From Sphingomonas sp. (GTDB taxonomy: Bacteria; Pseudomonadota; Alphaproteobacteria; Sphingomonadales; Sphingomonadaceae), in NCBI RefSeq assembly GCF_035714405.1, contig NZ_DASTMA010000009.1:35152-99151 (forward strand): 64,000 nucleotides of DNA, given 5' to 3'. Positions 9,889 to 18,499 of this stretch are shown one piece after another. Within the stretch, counting starts at the first letter, position 1. Each line of letters starts with the position of its first letter. Position numbers and translations under genes: made by a program. The notes beneath the pieces are model-generated. The model was not told the origin of the DNA. It made no database searches and worked only from the letters and a program-made list of their open reading frames with translations.

Positions 9889-9960
9889 CCAAGCTGGCCG
9901 CTAGGATCGAACCCGCGCCGGCCGGGCGGAAACTGCAACTCCTCTTGCGTCGACGGGGAG

Positions 9961-11154
9961 CTACGCTGCGCCCTTGGCTTTCAACTGTCTGATCTGTGTC
10001 TCGGTCATCCCGAGCAGTTCGCCATAGACCTCGTGATTGTGCTCACCGACCGTGGCAGGCGCAAGTCGACGGACGGCGCTCGTGGTATCCGATAGGCGCG
10101 GGAAGGCGTTTTGCATCTGAAACGTGCCCCAGCGTGGGCTGTCCACCTCGATCAGCGCCTCGCGCGCCGCGAAGTGCGGATCGTTGAGCATATCCTTTGC
10201 GCCATAGATGCGTCCGGCCGGAACGCCATGCTCGATCATCAGCGCTTCCAGCGCATCCACCGTCAGCGTGGCCGTCCACGCGGCGATCCGTTCATCGAGC
10301 TCCACCTGGCGTTCGCCCCGCGCCCGATGAGTGGCGTAACGCGGGTCGCTTGCCAGCGCGGGCGCCCCCATCGCCGCACACAGTCGCGCGAACACCGCGT
10401 CCTGGTTCGCGCCGATCAGATATTCGCCGTCGCGACATGGGTAGACGTTCGATGGCGCGATCGCTTCCAGCACCGAGCCGCTGCGCTTACGGACATGCCC
10501 GGACACGACATATTCGGGCACCAGGCTCTCCATCACCTGCAACACCGCCTCGTACAGCGCGCTGTCGACGACCTGTCCCCTCCCCGTGCGCTCGCGCGCA
10601 TGGAGTGCTGCGAGCGCGCCCATGCAGGCATAGCTGGCGGCGAGGCTGTCGCCGATCGAAACGCCCATCCGGCTCGGCGGCCGATCGGGGTCGCCGACGA
10701 TCGCGCGCCAGCCGCCCATCGCCTCGCCGATCCCGCCAAAGCCGGCGCGGCTGCTGTACGGTCCGGTCTGGCCATAACCCGACACGCGCACGATGATGAG
10801 CCGTGGGTTGATCGCGTGCAGCGCCTCCGGCCCCAGCCCCCATTTCTCGAGCGTGCCCGGCCTGAAATTCTCGATCAGAATATCGGCGTGAGCGGCGAGC
10901 AGGCGAACGATCTCCTGCCCCTCGGGAACGCGCAGATTGGCCGACACCGAGCGTTTGTTGCGCGCGACCACCTCCCACCACAATTTGGCATCGCCATGGC
11001 CCCATTCGCGCATGGGATCGCCGGCGCCCGGCGGCTCGACCTTGATGACGTCGGCGCCCATATCGCCCAGCAACTGCCCGCAAAACGGCCCGGCAATGAG
11101 CTGACCCAGCTCGATGACCCGGATGTCGGCCAGCGCGCCCTTGTTTTCTGTCAT
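9961..11154 (-). CDS. Family III (CaiB/BaiF) CoA-transferase
   Basis: IAGPFCGQLLGDMGADVIKVEPP, ENFRPG, SGYGQTGP, SIGDSLAA. Confidence 0.92.
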   Translation of the reverse strand: MTENKGALADIRVIELGQLIAGPFCGQLLGDMGADVIKVEPPGAGDPMREWGHGDAKLWWEVVARNKRSVSANLRVPEGQEIVRLLAAHADILIENFRPGTLEKWGLGPEALHAINPRLIIVRVSGYGQTGPYSSRAGFGGIGEAMGGWRAIVGDPDRPPSRMGVSIGDSLAASYACMGALAALHARERTGRGQVVDSALYEAVLQVMESLVPEYVVSGHVRKRSGSVLEAIAPSNVYPCRDGEYLIGANQDAVFARLCAAMGAPALASDPRYATHRARGERQVELDERIAAWTATLTVDALEALMIEHGVPAGRIYGAKDMLNDPHFAAREALIEVDSPRWGTFQMQNAFPRLSDTTSAVRRLAPATVGEHNHEVYGELLGMTETQIRQLKAKGAA

Positions 11155-12044
11155 GATGCCCTCATCGGAAACCCGCCAGCGCGGCTGACCAGACCGGGCA
11201 GCGCACGGCCCATCTCGTCCCCCAACCAGCGCGCGGCGGCGATCGTCCGCTCAAGGTCATGGCCGTGTGCGACGCCAGATCGATCGAGCAGATAGACCAG
11301 TTCCTCGGTGGCGATGTTGCCCGTGGCGTCGGGCGCGAACGGACAGCCGCCGATCCCGCCCAGCGAGGCGTCGAGTGTCGTCGCCCCGGCCTGTATCGCC
11401 GCCCAGGCGTTCGCGATGCCCATGCCGCGTGTGTTGTGCAGGTGGACCCGCACCGGCAGGCCGGTGGCCGAAGCCACGCGCCCGACCAGCGCGCCGACCT
11501 GTGCCGGCACCGCGACCCCGATCGTGTCGGCAAGCGCGATCTCGCGCGGTCCTGCCGCCGCCAGCATCTCGGCGAGCGCGACGACGCGATCGGGGAGCAC
11601 CTCACCCTCGAACGGACAGCCGAACGCCGCCCCGATCGTCGCTTGCGCCCCCCGCCCCGCGCGCAAGGCGAGCCCGATCACCTCTGCCGCGACCGCTGCC
11701 GACTCCGCGGAGGTCTGGCCCTGGTTGCGCTGAGCGAAGGCGTCGGACGCGACGCACACCGCACCCAGTTCCTTCACCTGGGTCGCCAGGGCCCGCGCCG
11801 CGCCGCGCGCGTTTAGGACCAGCCCGATGGTCGTTACGTCCCACGGCAGGTCGAGCGCCGCGATGACCGCTTCGGCATCCGCCATCTGCGGCACCCGGTC
11901 GGCGCGCACGAAGCTCGCCACCTCGATCCGTCGCGCACCCGCAGCCACGGCCCGTTCGATCAGCGCGACCTTCTGCGCGGTCGAGAAACGTACGCTCTCG
12001 TTCTGCAATCCGTCGCGCGGACCGACCTCGACGATCTCGACCAT
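11151..12044 (-). CDS. hmgL: Hydroxymethylglutaryl-CoA lyase family (DRE-TIM) protein
   Basis: EVGPRDGLQNE, HLHNTRG, GGCPFAP.ATGNIATE; overlaps the CoA-transferase start by 4 nt. Confidence 0.85.
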   Translation of the reverse strand: MVEIVEVGPRDGLQNESVRFSTAQKVALIERAVAAGARRIEVASFVRADRVPQMADAEAVIAALDLPWDVTTIGLVLNARGAARALATQVKELGAVCVASDAFAQRNQGQTSAESAAVAAEVIGLALRAGRGAQATIGAAFGCPFEGEVLPDRVVALAEMLAAAGPREIALADTIGVAVPAQVGALVGRVASATGLPVRVHLHNTRGMGIANAWAAIQAGATTLDASLGGIGGCPFAPDATGNIATEELVYLLDRSGVAHGHDLERTIAAARWLGDEMGRALPGLVSRAGGFPMRAS

Positions 12045-12216
12045 CAGCGCCGTCCCTGGCAGCTGTCCTTGCGCACCGGCGATCGGGAACTGCATACCCC
12101 GGTTCTCCCGATCGTCCCCGCGCTCGGTCCTTTTCCTGCCTGGTGACCCTTGCCATCTTCCATCATCGAGACGTTCTTCAACACGGAATCGACCACCCCG
12201 TCGTACGATGCCTATG

Positions 12217-12235
12217 TCGTCAAATAGATTGACAT
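12217..12235. promoter_or_regulatory. Candidate MarR operator / promoter A (GTCAA-N5-TTGAC)
   Basis: Perfect inverted repeat GTCAAatagaTTGAC at 12219-12233; 14/19 identical to 13663-13681. Confidence 0.55.
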
Positions 12236-12297
12236 ATCGGCAGCGCAAGTGGTTTGCTTGATCACACCGCTAGCCGGTCGATGAACGGAGAGAGGCG

Positions 12298-12702
12298 GTG
12301 CAACATGGATTGGGGCGTCGCTGCCGTCCCGCGTCACGTCTGGCGATGACGGCTTGCGGGGAAGCCTCGCCTCGCGATGCGCGGTCTCGATCGGCGATAC
12401 GCTCGCCGTGCGTGTTGCTGGGTTCTACGACGACACCTACGGCTTTGTGCGCAACGTCACGCTCAATCGTGACGAGCAGCGCGAGAAGCGCTGGCTGATC
12501 CGCGGCACCGTCGAGTGGTCACCGACCGAGACGTTCAACGCGTCGTTGAAGCTGCAGACCGGCAAGTTCCGCACGCTTGGCAACAGCTTCGAGTTACTAG
12601 ACACGACGTCTCCGGCGACGCTCATCGCCCTGGGCGTCCTCGACGGCGGTACGCAAAACTATGTGAAGTACGAGAATTCGCAACCGCTTGGCGAACAGAT
12701 CG
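12298..12702 (+). pseudogene. TonB-dependent receptor remnant (start region plus internal barrel fragment)
   Basis: GGAGAG RBS and GTG at 12298. Different frame carries GDTLAVRVAGFYDDTYGFVRNVTLNRD..RWLIRGTVEWSPTETFNASLK, typical of TBDR beta-strands. No plug and no C-terminus. Confidence 0.7.
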
Positions 12703-13141
12703 ACTGCCCGACGCGGGACAGGGATCGAGCTATCACTACATCGGTGCCGACCCGAAGCTGACCGGTCAATGGGACACGCTCGGCGATCTCGGCTGGCTCG
12801 ACAAGGACGGCTATCTCTACATCGCCGATCGACGCGCCGACCTGATCCTGTCGGGCGGCGCGAACATCTACCCGGCCGAAGTGGAGGCGGCGCTGGACGG
12901 GCATCCAGACGTCGCGACCAGCGCCGTCGTCGACCTACCCGACGCCGATCTCGGCCATCGCGTCCACGCCATCGTCCAGCGCCGCGCCGGCGCGGTACTG
13001 GACGCCGAGGCACTGATCTCATGGGTGGCGACGCGGCCGGCCCGCTACAAGGTGCCGCGCGTGGTGGAGTTTGTGGACGAGCAGCTCCGCGATGACGCCG
13101 GCAAGACCCGGCGCAGCGCGCTACGCGACGCGCGTCGTTAG
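12703..13141 (+). pseudogene. 3' remnant of an acyl-CoA synthetase (AMP-binding enzyme)
   Basis: TLGDLGWLDKDGYLYIADRRADLILSGGANIYPAEVE and YKVPR..GKTRR. N-terminal two-thirds absent; abuts the TBDR fragment. Confidence 0.85.
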
Positions 13142-13590
13142 CGCCGCTTCTTACCCCCCTGGATCGTCACGGGCTCTCCCCAGTCGGCCGCGAACGCCTC
13201 GGCCAGTGCGCTGATGCGCTCCGCACCGATCCGCGCTTCCAGTTCGCGGGTGATGTCGTTGACCGCCCGCATGGCATCGACCTTGATCGCTTCGCCCATC
13301 GCGGTCAGCGTGACCATTTTGATGCGGCCGTCGTGCGGATCCGGTTCCAGTGCGAACAGCCCGCGCTCGACCAGCCCGGCGATTGTCGAATGCACCGCCT
13401 GGCGCGTTAACCGCAGCCGGCGCGCGATGTCGGCAGGGCGGACGAGATCAAGCTGAACGTGCGCGATCACCATTGATTCCGGCCGCGTCAGCGCCGGCCA
13501 GCCGGCTGCCTGCAGACTGCGTTGCAGGCTCTCGTCGAACCATTCGAACCCCTCCAGAAGAGGGATGATGAGATAATCGATGTGCTGCAC
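13138..13590 (-). CDS. MarR family transcriptional regulator
   Basis: GTG after GGAGA RBS; wHTH ADIARRLRLTRQAVHSTIAGLVERG and DPHDGR wing motif. Confidence 0.85.
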   Translation of the reverse strand: MQHIDYLIIPLLEGFEWFDESLQRSLQAAGWPALTRPESMVIAHVQLDLVRPADIARRLRLTRQAVHSTIAGLVERGLFALEPDPHDGRIKMVTLTAMGEAIKVDAMRAVNDITRELEARIGAERISALAEAFAADWGEPVTIQGGKKRR

Positions 13591-13662
13591 GGCGACGGCT
13601 TCTCCTGCAAACAGGTATGGCCGATGGACGCCCCCCCGACCAGTCGCTCGGACGCGGAACGT

Positions 13663-13681
13663 TCGTAAACCTAATTGACAT
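13663..13681. promoter_or_regulatory. Candidate MarR operator / promoter B (GTAAA-N5-TTGAC)
   Basis: Lies in the MarR/VOC divergent intergenic region and resembles site A. Confidence 0.55.
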
Positions 13682-13730
13682 CTTTTTACGATTCTTGTCG
13701 GGTGATGCGGTTCTGAGGAGAGGTTGCCCG

Positions 13731-14279
13731 ATGGCCGACATCGTTCCCGCCGCCGTCCAGCTCGGCGGTGTCCACCACGCCGCGTTTCGCTGCCGCGACG
13801 CCGAGCAGACCCGCTGGTTCTACGAGGAATGTGCTGGGCCTGAAGGCCGCGGCCGGACTGGTCGCGGAGACGGTGCCGGGCACCAACGCCGAAACACCGT
13901 TCATGCACATCTTCTTCGCGCTCGGCGACGGCAATTACATCGCCTTTTTCGACTCGCCGACCGACGCCGATCCTGCCTGGTTCGACCGCAAGAGCAGTTT
14001 CGACATGCACATCGCAATCGAGGCCGCGAACGAGGCCAGTGGCATCAGCGCGTTCGGGCCGCTCGACCACGATTCGTGCGCTCGATCTACATGTACGATC
14101 CGAACGGAATCCAGGTGGAGATCACCATCCGAACCCCCGACCATGCAACGATCATGGCCCATGAAAAGGCATCGCTGCCGGCGCTGTTGCGCGCGTGGAC
14201 CGATCGTACCCGACCGCTGAAGGAGGCGAAGTTCGGGAGTGACGCGCTGGCCAAGCGCGAAGCACCCGCGGCCCTCTGA
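13731..14279 (+). pseudogene. VOC (glyoxalase/bleomycin resistance/dioxygenase) gene with +1 and -1 frameshifts
   Basis: GVHHAAFRCRDAEQTRWFYEE in frame 3, VLGL..FMHIFFALGDGNYIAFF..MHIAIE in frame 1, FVRSIYMYDPNGIQVEIT back in frame 3. Shifts near 13830 and 14073. Confidence 0.8.
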
Positions 14280-15031
14280 TGGCGTCCGACCCCGAGCAAC
14301 CGGCCGACCGGCGGATACCGGTCGGGATGATTTCCTGTCGGCGGACGAATTGGCCGCGATCACGCCCGAGCGGCTGGTGGAACAGACCACCGCGCTCAAG
14401 CCGATGATCGCACGATACGCCACCGAGGCCGAACGCCAGCGGCGTCCCGCCGACGCGGTGTGGCAGGCGCTCCGTGCGACCGGCTATTTCTATATGGTCG
14501 TGCCGCGGCGCTATGGCGGCCTGCAGTTCGATAGCGACACATACGATGCTGCCCAGCCTTTGCGTCGCGGCCGCGATCCCCGCGCTGGGCGCGGCACGCG
14601 GGGCGGTCGACAGTTGTCGCGAACGGCTGCGCAGCTATGTGAAGATCGGCGCCAACGGCGCCACGATCGACAAACCGGCCGCGCAGATGCGGCTTGCGCG
14701 GGCCGATCTCCTGCGCCGCTCCGCCGAGAGCACGGTGCGCCGCGCCGCCCGCGAGGCGGTGGCACTCGGCGCGCTCGACGAACCGGACCAGACCGGCGAG
14801 CGCATCCGTGTACGAGCGGAAATCGCCCATGCTGTCGCGCAATGCGTAGATGCCGTTCGGGGCTGCTGCGAGGCGGTCGGATCGAGCGTACACGCCTTGT
14901 CGCATCCTCTGCAGCGCGCGTTGCGCGACATACAGGTCATGCAGAGCCACGTCGTTTACGATCTTGACGGCGCCACCGAGCTCCATGGTCGCGCCTTGGT
15001 GGGTCTTCCGCCCAACTCCATGCTGACCTGA
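14279..15031 (+). pseudogene. Flavin-dependent monooxygenase of acyl-CoA-dehydrogenase fold (HsaA/HpaH-like), internally deleted
   Basis: N-fragment AERQRRPADAVWQALRATGYFYMVVPRRYGG joins near 14545, out of frame, to C-fragment ALGAARGA..HPLQRALRDIQVMQSHVVYD. ATG at 14279 is out of frame with the N-fragment. Confidence 0.8.
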
Positions 15032-15141
15032 CCACGGGTTATCGCCAGGCGTCTTTGCGTACCGCCGGCAGATAGATCGAGATGGTGCCCTCCTGATTGA
15101 CGGGCCGATGAGATCCGGGGAGACATGGCAAGAGTGCTGAT

Positions 15142-15166
15142 GGAACACCCCGGCGTGCTGGAGGTT
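15142..15166 (+). promoter_or_regulatory. Putative sigma-EcfG (general stress) promoter
   Basis: GGAAC-N17-GTT, 70 nt upstream of the L,D-transpeptidase ATG. Confidence 0.5.
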
Positions 15167-15236
15167 GGCCAAGGCTGGTCTTTGCTCCGGGGGTTGCGTG
15201 TACGATTCGTTCGATGAGGAAGCCGGGCGCAGTGCG

Positions 15237-16799
15237 ATGTCCCGGCGAACGCTCTTGCAACGGGTCGGCGCCACTGCCCTCGGGCTTGCGGCTATTCCGG
15301 CTTCCTCCCTCGCCCAGGCCCTGCCGGGCGACCTGGAGGCAGCGATCCGTGCCTCGGTACGGGGCGACCGCGACCTCGATCGGTTCTACGAGGAGCGGGA
15401 CTACCGGCCATTGTGGGTGGCCGGCGGCAGGGTCGGTCCCGAGGCGGAGCAGTTGCACAGCCTGCTGGCCACGGCGGCCGCGGACGGCCTGTCCCCGCGC
15501 ACCTACCGCCCCGACGCGCTGGTCGAAGCCGTGGAGCGCGCGGACGATGGACCGCCGCGAGCGCTGGCACGGGCGGAGGCGCTGCTATCCAGAACCTTTG
15601 CCAACTACGTCCGCGACGTCCGCCGTCATCGCGACATGGGCGTCGTCTATACCGAGGCGCATTTCGTGCCGATCGTTCCCTCCAGGACGGCCGTCCTGAC
15701 CAGCGCGGCGCAGGCACCCAGCCTGCAGCGGTATCTGGAGACTGTCGGGTGGATGAACCCGCTTTACGCGAAGTTGCGCGGCGCACTTGCCGGCTATGGC
15801 GAGGAACAGGCCGGACCGGTGGCGCATATCCCCGCCGGCTCGATCCTGAAGCCGGGGTCTAAGGATCCGCGCGTCAGGCTGCTGCGCATACGCCTCGGCC
15901 TGACGCCGGACGGCGCCTACGACGCGGCGTTGGCCAGCGCGGTGCGTGCGCTGCAGCGTAGCCACGGGCAGCCGGCGGACGGCACTGCCGGACCGCTCAC
16001 CTTGGCCCTGCTGAACCAGGGGTCGGCGGAGACGGGAGCGTTGCTTCGCCTCAACCTCGAACGGGCTCGGGCACTGCCGGCGCAGCTCGGCCGCCGGTAT
16101 GTCCTGGTCGACGCGGCGGCCGCGCGGCTGTGGATGTACCAAGATGACCGCGCCGTGGGCTCGATGCGGGTCGCCGTCGGCAGGCCGACGGAGCCGACGC
16201 CGATGATGGCCGCCATGATCCGTCACCTGACGCTGAACCCCTATTGGAACGTCCCCCCCGATCTGGCCCGCAGCCGCATTGCCCCAGGGGTCGTCCGCGA
16301 CGGACCGCAGCATCTGCGTAACCTGCGCTACGAGGTTCTGTCCGACTGGAGCGAGAATGCCACCAAGGTCGAGCCGGGCTCGATCGATTGGCAGGCGGTC
16401 GTCGCCGGCGAACGGGAAGTGCGTCTCCGCCAGCTGCCGGGCCCGGGCAATTCAATGGGACGGATGAAGTTCATGTTCCCGAACCAGCTCGGCATCTATC
16501 TGCACGACACGCCGGACCGCACGCTTTTGCGGGAAGAAACCCGCCTCGTGAGTGCCGGCTGCGTGCGCCTGGACGATGCCCCGCAGCTTGCGCGTTGGCT
16601 GTTCGGTCGCATGCCTGTCGCGCGCAACGCCGCTCCCGAGCAACAGCTCACGCTGCCGGAGCCGGTCCCGGTCTACATCACTTACCTGACCGCCGCGCCG
16701 GAGCCGCAGGGTGTTGCCCTGCGAGCGGACCTATACAAGCGCGATCCGGCTCAGCTGGCGGCACTCGCCGGCAGCAGGCGGAACCGTCGGCAGCGGTAA
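15237..16799 (+). CDS. L,D-transpeptidase (YcbB/LdtD-like) with twin-arginine-like signal
   Basis: SRRTLL signal; PG-binding segment; YLHDTP..VSAGCVRL catalytic motif; GRMKFMFPN. Confidence 0.92.
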   Translation: MSRRTLLQRVGATALGLAAIPASSLAQALPGDLEAAIRASVRGDRDLDRFYEERDYRPLWVAGGRVGPEAEQLHSLLATAAADGLSPRTYRPDALVEAVERADDGPPRALARAEALLSRTFANYVRDVRRHRDMGVVYTEAHFVPIVPSRTAVLTSAAQAPSLQRYLETVGWMNPLYAKLRGALAGYGEEQAGPVAHIPAGSILKPGSKDPRVRLLRIRLGLTPDGAYDAALASAVRALQRSHGQPADGTAGPLTLALLNQGSAETGALLRLNLERARALPAQLGRRYVLVDAAAARLWMYQDDRAVGSMRVAVGRPTEPTPMMAAMIRHLTLNPYWNVPPDLARSRIAPGVVRDGPQHLRNLRYEVLSDWSENATKVEPGSIDWQAVVAGEREVRLRQLPGPGNSMGRMKFMFPNQLGIYLHDTPDRTLLREETRLVSAGCVRLDDAPQLARWLFGRMPVARNAAPEQQLTLPEPVPVYITYLTAAPEPQGVALRADLYKRDPAQLAALAGSRRNRRQR

Positions 16800-16880
16800 G
16801 GGCTGCCGACGGCGCTCACACCGAGAAGGCGCCGCAAGGAAGGGTGCATGCAGCGCCTGTCCGGTCGTGCTGCTCAAGCC

Positions 16881-17459
16881 TTAGCCGCGCTCACCGCGAC
16901 GCGGGACGTAACCTGGCTGCTGGTACTGCTGCTGTGGCGCGCCGGGGTAGTAGCGGCCCTCACGCATATAGCCGTCGACACAGCCGTCATTGTTGCTGTC
17001 GGCCCACAGAGCGCCGGCGACGCCGCCGACCACGGCGCCCGCGAGCGCGCCTTCAAGCGTACCGAGACCGGTCGCGGCGCCAATGCCGGCACCACCGACC
17101 GCGCCCAGGGCCGCGCCGCCCGCGGCCGTGCCTGCGACATTGCTGCACGCGCGGCCGGTGGACGGATCGTAGCCGGCCGGGGTGCCGCGGTAATATTGAC
17201 CGTTCCGGCTATAGCCGTCCGCATAGCCGTCGCCATTGGAGTCTGCCCAGACCGCCCCGGCGAGACCACCGATGCCGGCGCCGATAGCCGCGCCGGCGAT
17301 CGTATCACCCGCGAGCGCTCCGACACCCGCGCCTACCGCGCCACCGACCAGAACCCCGGTTCCTGCACCTTCCAGCCGTGCTTCGTCGCGTCCGGTCGTG
17401 GCGCACGCGCCGAGTGAAAGGGAGCTTGCAGCCAGGAACACCATCAATGGTTTGCGCAT
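16881..17459 (-). CDS. Glycine-zipper lipoprotein with two internal repeats
   Basis: Lipobox LGAC; two GxxxG-rich helices each followed by WADSNxDGxxDGYxRxGxYY. Confidence 0.8.
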   Translation of the reverse strand: MRKPLMVFLAASSLSLGACATTGRDEARLEGAGTGVLVGGAVGAGVGALAGDTIAGAAIGAGIGGLAGAVWADSNGDGYADGYSRNGQYYRGTPAGYDPSTGRACSNVAGTAAGGAALGAVGGAGIGAATGLGTLEGALAGAVVGGVAGALWADSNNDGCVDGYMREGRYYPGAPQQQYQQPGYVPRRGERG

Positions 17460-17532
17460 ATCATACTCCAACAAAAACGCAGTGACACGGGTCGACCGCG
17501 GGAATCGCGGGCGATGGAACTGCAATCCCGCA

Positions 17533-17558
17533 AACGAGGAGGAAGCCGCAACCGTTCC
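17533..17558 (-). promoter_or_regulatory. Putative sigma-EcfG promoter
   Basis: Exact GGAAC-N17-CGTT on the minus strand, 73 nt upstream of the lipoprotein ATG. Confidence 0.65.
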
Positions 17559-17649
17559 GCTGCGGCCGCCAGAGCCTGCCCCGATGCGCCTCGAACACAC
17601 CGGCGATTGCCCCAACGTGGTTCCGGTGCTGAAGCGCAGTCCGAGGTGA

Positions 17650-17910
17650 GCGTGCCTTGGACATACCGATTGCCCGCGCCACCGCGCCTTCACGAAGCGG
17701 GATCTCGAAGGCTTCATGGGTCACGATGTGCCCGGGTCCACGGAGGTCTACGCGATCGGGCGTTTCGAAAGCGTCACGCGCGCTCTTACCGACATCCTGG
17801 AGGAGATCGACGCCCGCGCGCCGGGCGCCCTGCGCCGAAAGCGCGCCGAAGTGGCTCTTCCAGCCTCCATCGTCGGGAGGCTTGCAATGTCAGGATGTCG
17901 CCAGAAAAGA
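17650..17910 (+). pseudogene. Probable tyrosine-integrase C-terminal relic
   Basis: Frame 1 reads RDLEGFMGHDVPGSTEVYAI..VTRALTDILEEI, resembling the box II GH-x4/5-ST-xx-Y motif; abuts the tRNA 3' end. Confidence 0.4.
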
Positions 17911-17985
17911 TGGTGGGCGTGGCAAGGATTGAACTTGCGACCCCTGCGATGTCAACACAGTGCTCTACCACTGAGCTACACGCCC
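17911..17985 (-). tRNA. tRNA-Val (anticodon GAC)
   Basis: Minus strand GGGCGTGTAGCTCAGTGGTAGAGCA-CTGTG-TTGACAT-CGCAG..GTTCAATC..ACGCCCACCA; complete cloverleaf with encoded CCA. Confidence 0.97.
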
Positions 17986-18029
17986 ACTGCGGCCGCGCTT
18001 AGCCCCCCAGAGCGGGAGGCGCAACCCGG

Positions 18030-18404
18030 TTAGAGCTCGCCGAAACTGGCGCCCTGAAACATGCGATCCACCTCCAGCACCAGGTCGCGGAGGTGGAAGG
18101 GTTTGGAGAGGACGCGCGCGTTGGGGACGGCCTTGCCAGCCTTTAGCGTCACCGCGGCGAAGCCGGTGATGAACATCACTCGCATGTCCGCCGCCATCTC
18201 GCCCGCGCGCTGCGCCAGCTCGATCCCGTCCATCTCGGGCATGACGATGTCCGTCAGCAGCAGGTCGAAGCTCTCGGTCTCCAGCAGCGGGATCGCCGCC
18301 GTACCGCGATCGACCGCCGTCACCGCATAGCCGGACCGCTCGAGCGCGCGCGTGAGATATTCGCGCATGATCTGGTCGTCTTCGGCCAGCAGTATCCGGA
18401 TCAT
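18030..18404 (-). CDS. cpdR: Single-domain response regulator CpdR
   Basis: ILLAEDD, LLLTDIVMPEMDGIELA, ITGFAAV, LSKPFHLRDLV; conserved position beside tRNA-Val. Confidence 0.92.
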   Translation of the reverse strand: MIRILLAEDDQIMREYLTRALERSGYAVTAVDRGTAAIPLLETESFDLLLTDIVMPEMDGIELAQRAGEMAADMRVMFITGFAAVTLKAGKAVPNARVLSKPFHLRDLVLEVDRMFQGASFGEL

Positions 18405-18499
18405 GACAGCCCCTTGCTCACGCCCGACGACTATGCGCGCATCCGTTAACAAAGCCCAGAGCGTTGCGGCGCCGGACGCGCGCGCCTAGCGTCCCAGCA

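Noticed and set aside
15039-15120. Minus-strand peptide EGTISIYLPAV resembling a histidine-kinase C-terminus
   Set aside because: Too short, with no other kinase boxes nearby.
1-17910. Second att site duplicating the tRNA-Val 3' end
   Set aside because: Only a short chance match (GGTGGGCGT near 3882) was seen; no convincing direct repeat.
17716-18033. ORF read through tRNA-Val as a real gene
   Set aside because: Its 3' part is the antisense of the tRNA; only the 5' part is kept as a possible integrase relic.
18445-18450. GTTAAC upstream of cpdR as a CtrA site
   Set aside because: Only a half site; no TTAA-N7-TTAA, so too weak to call.
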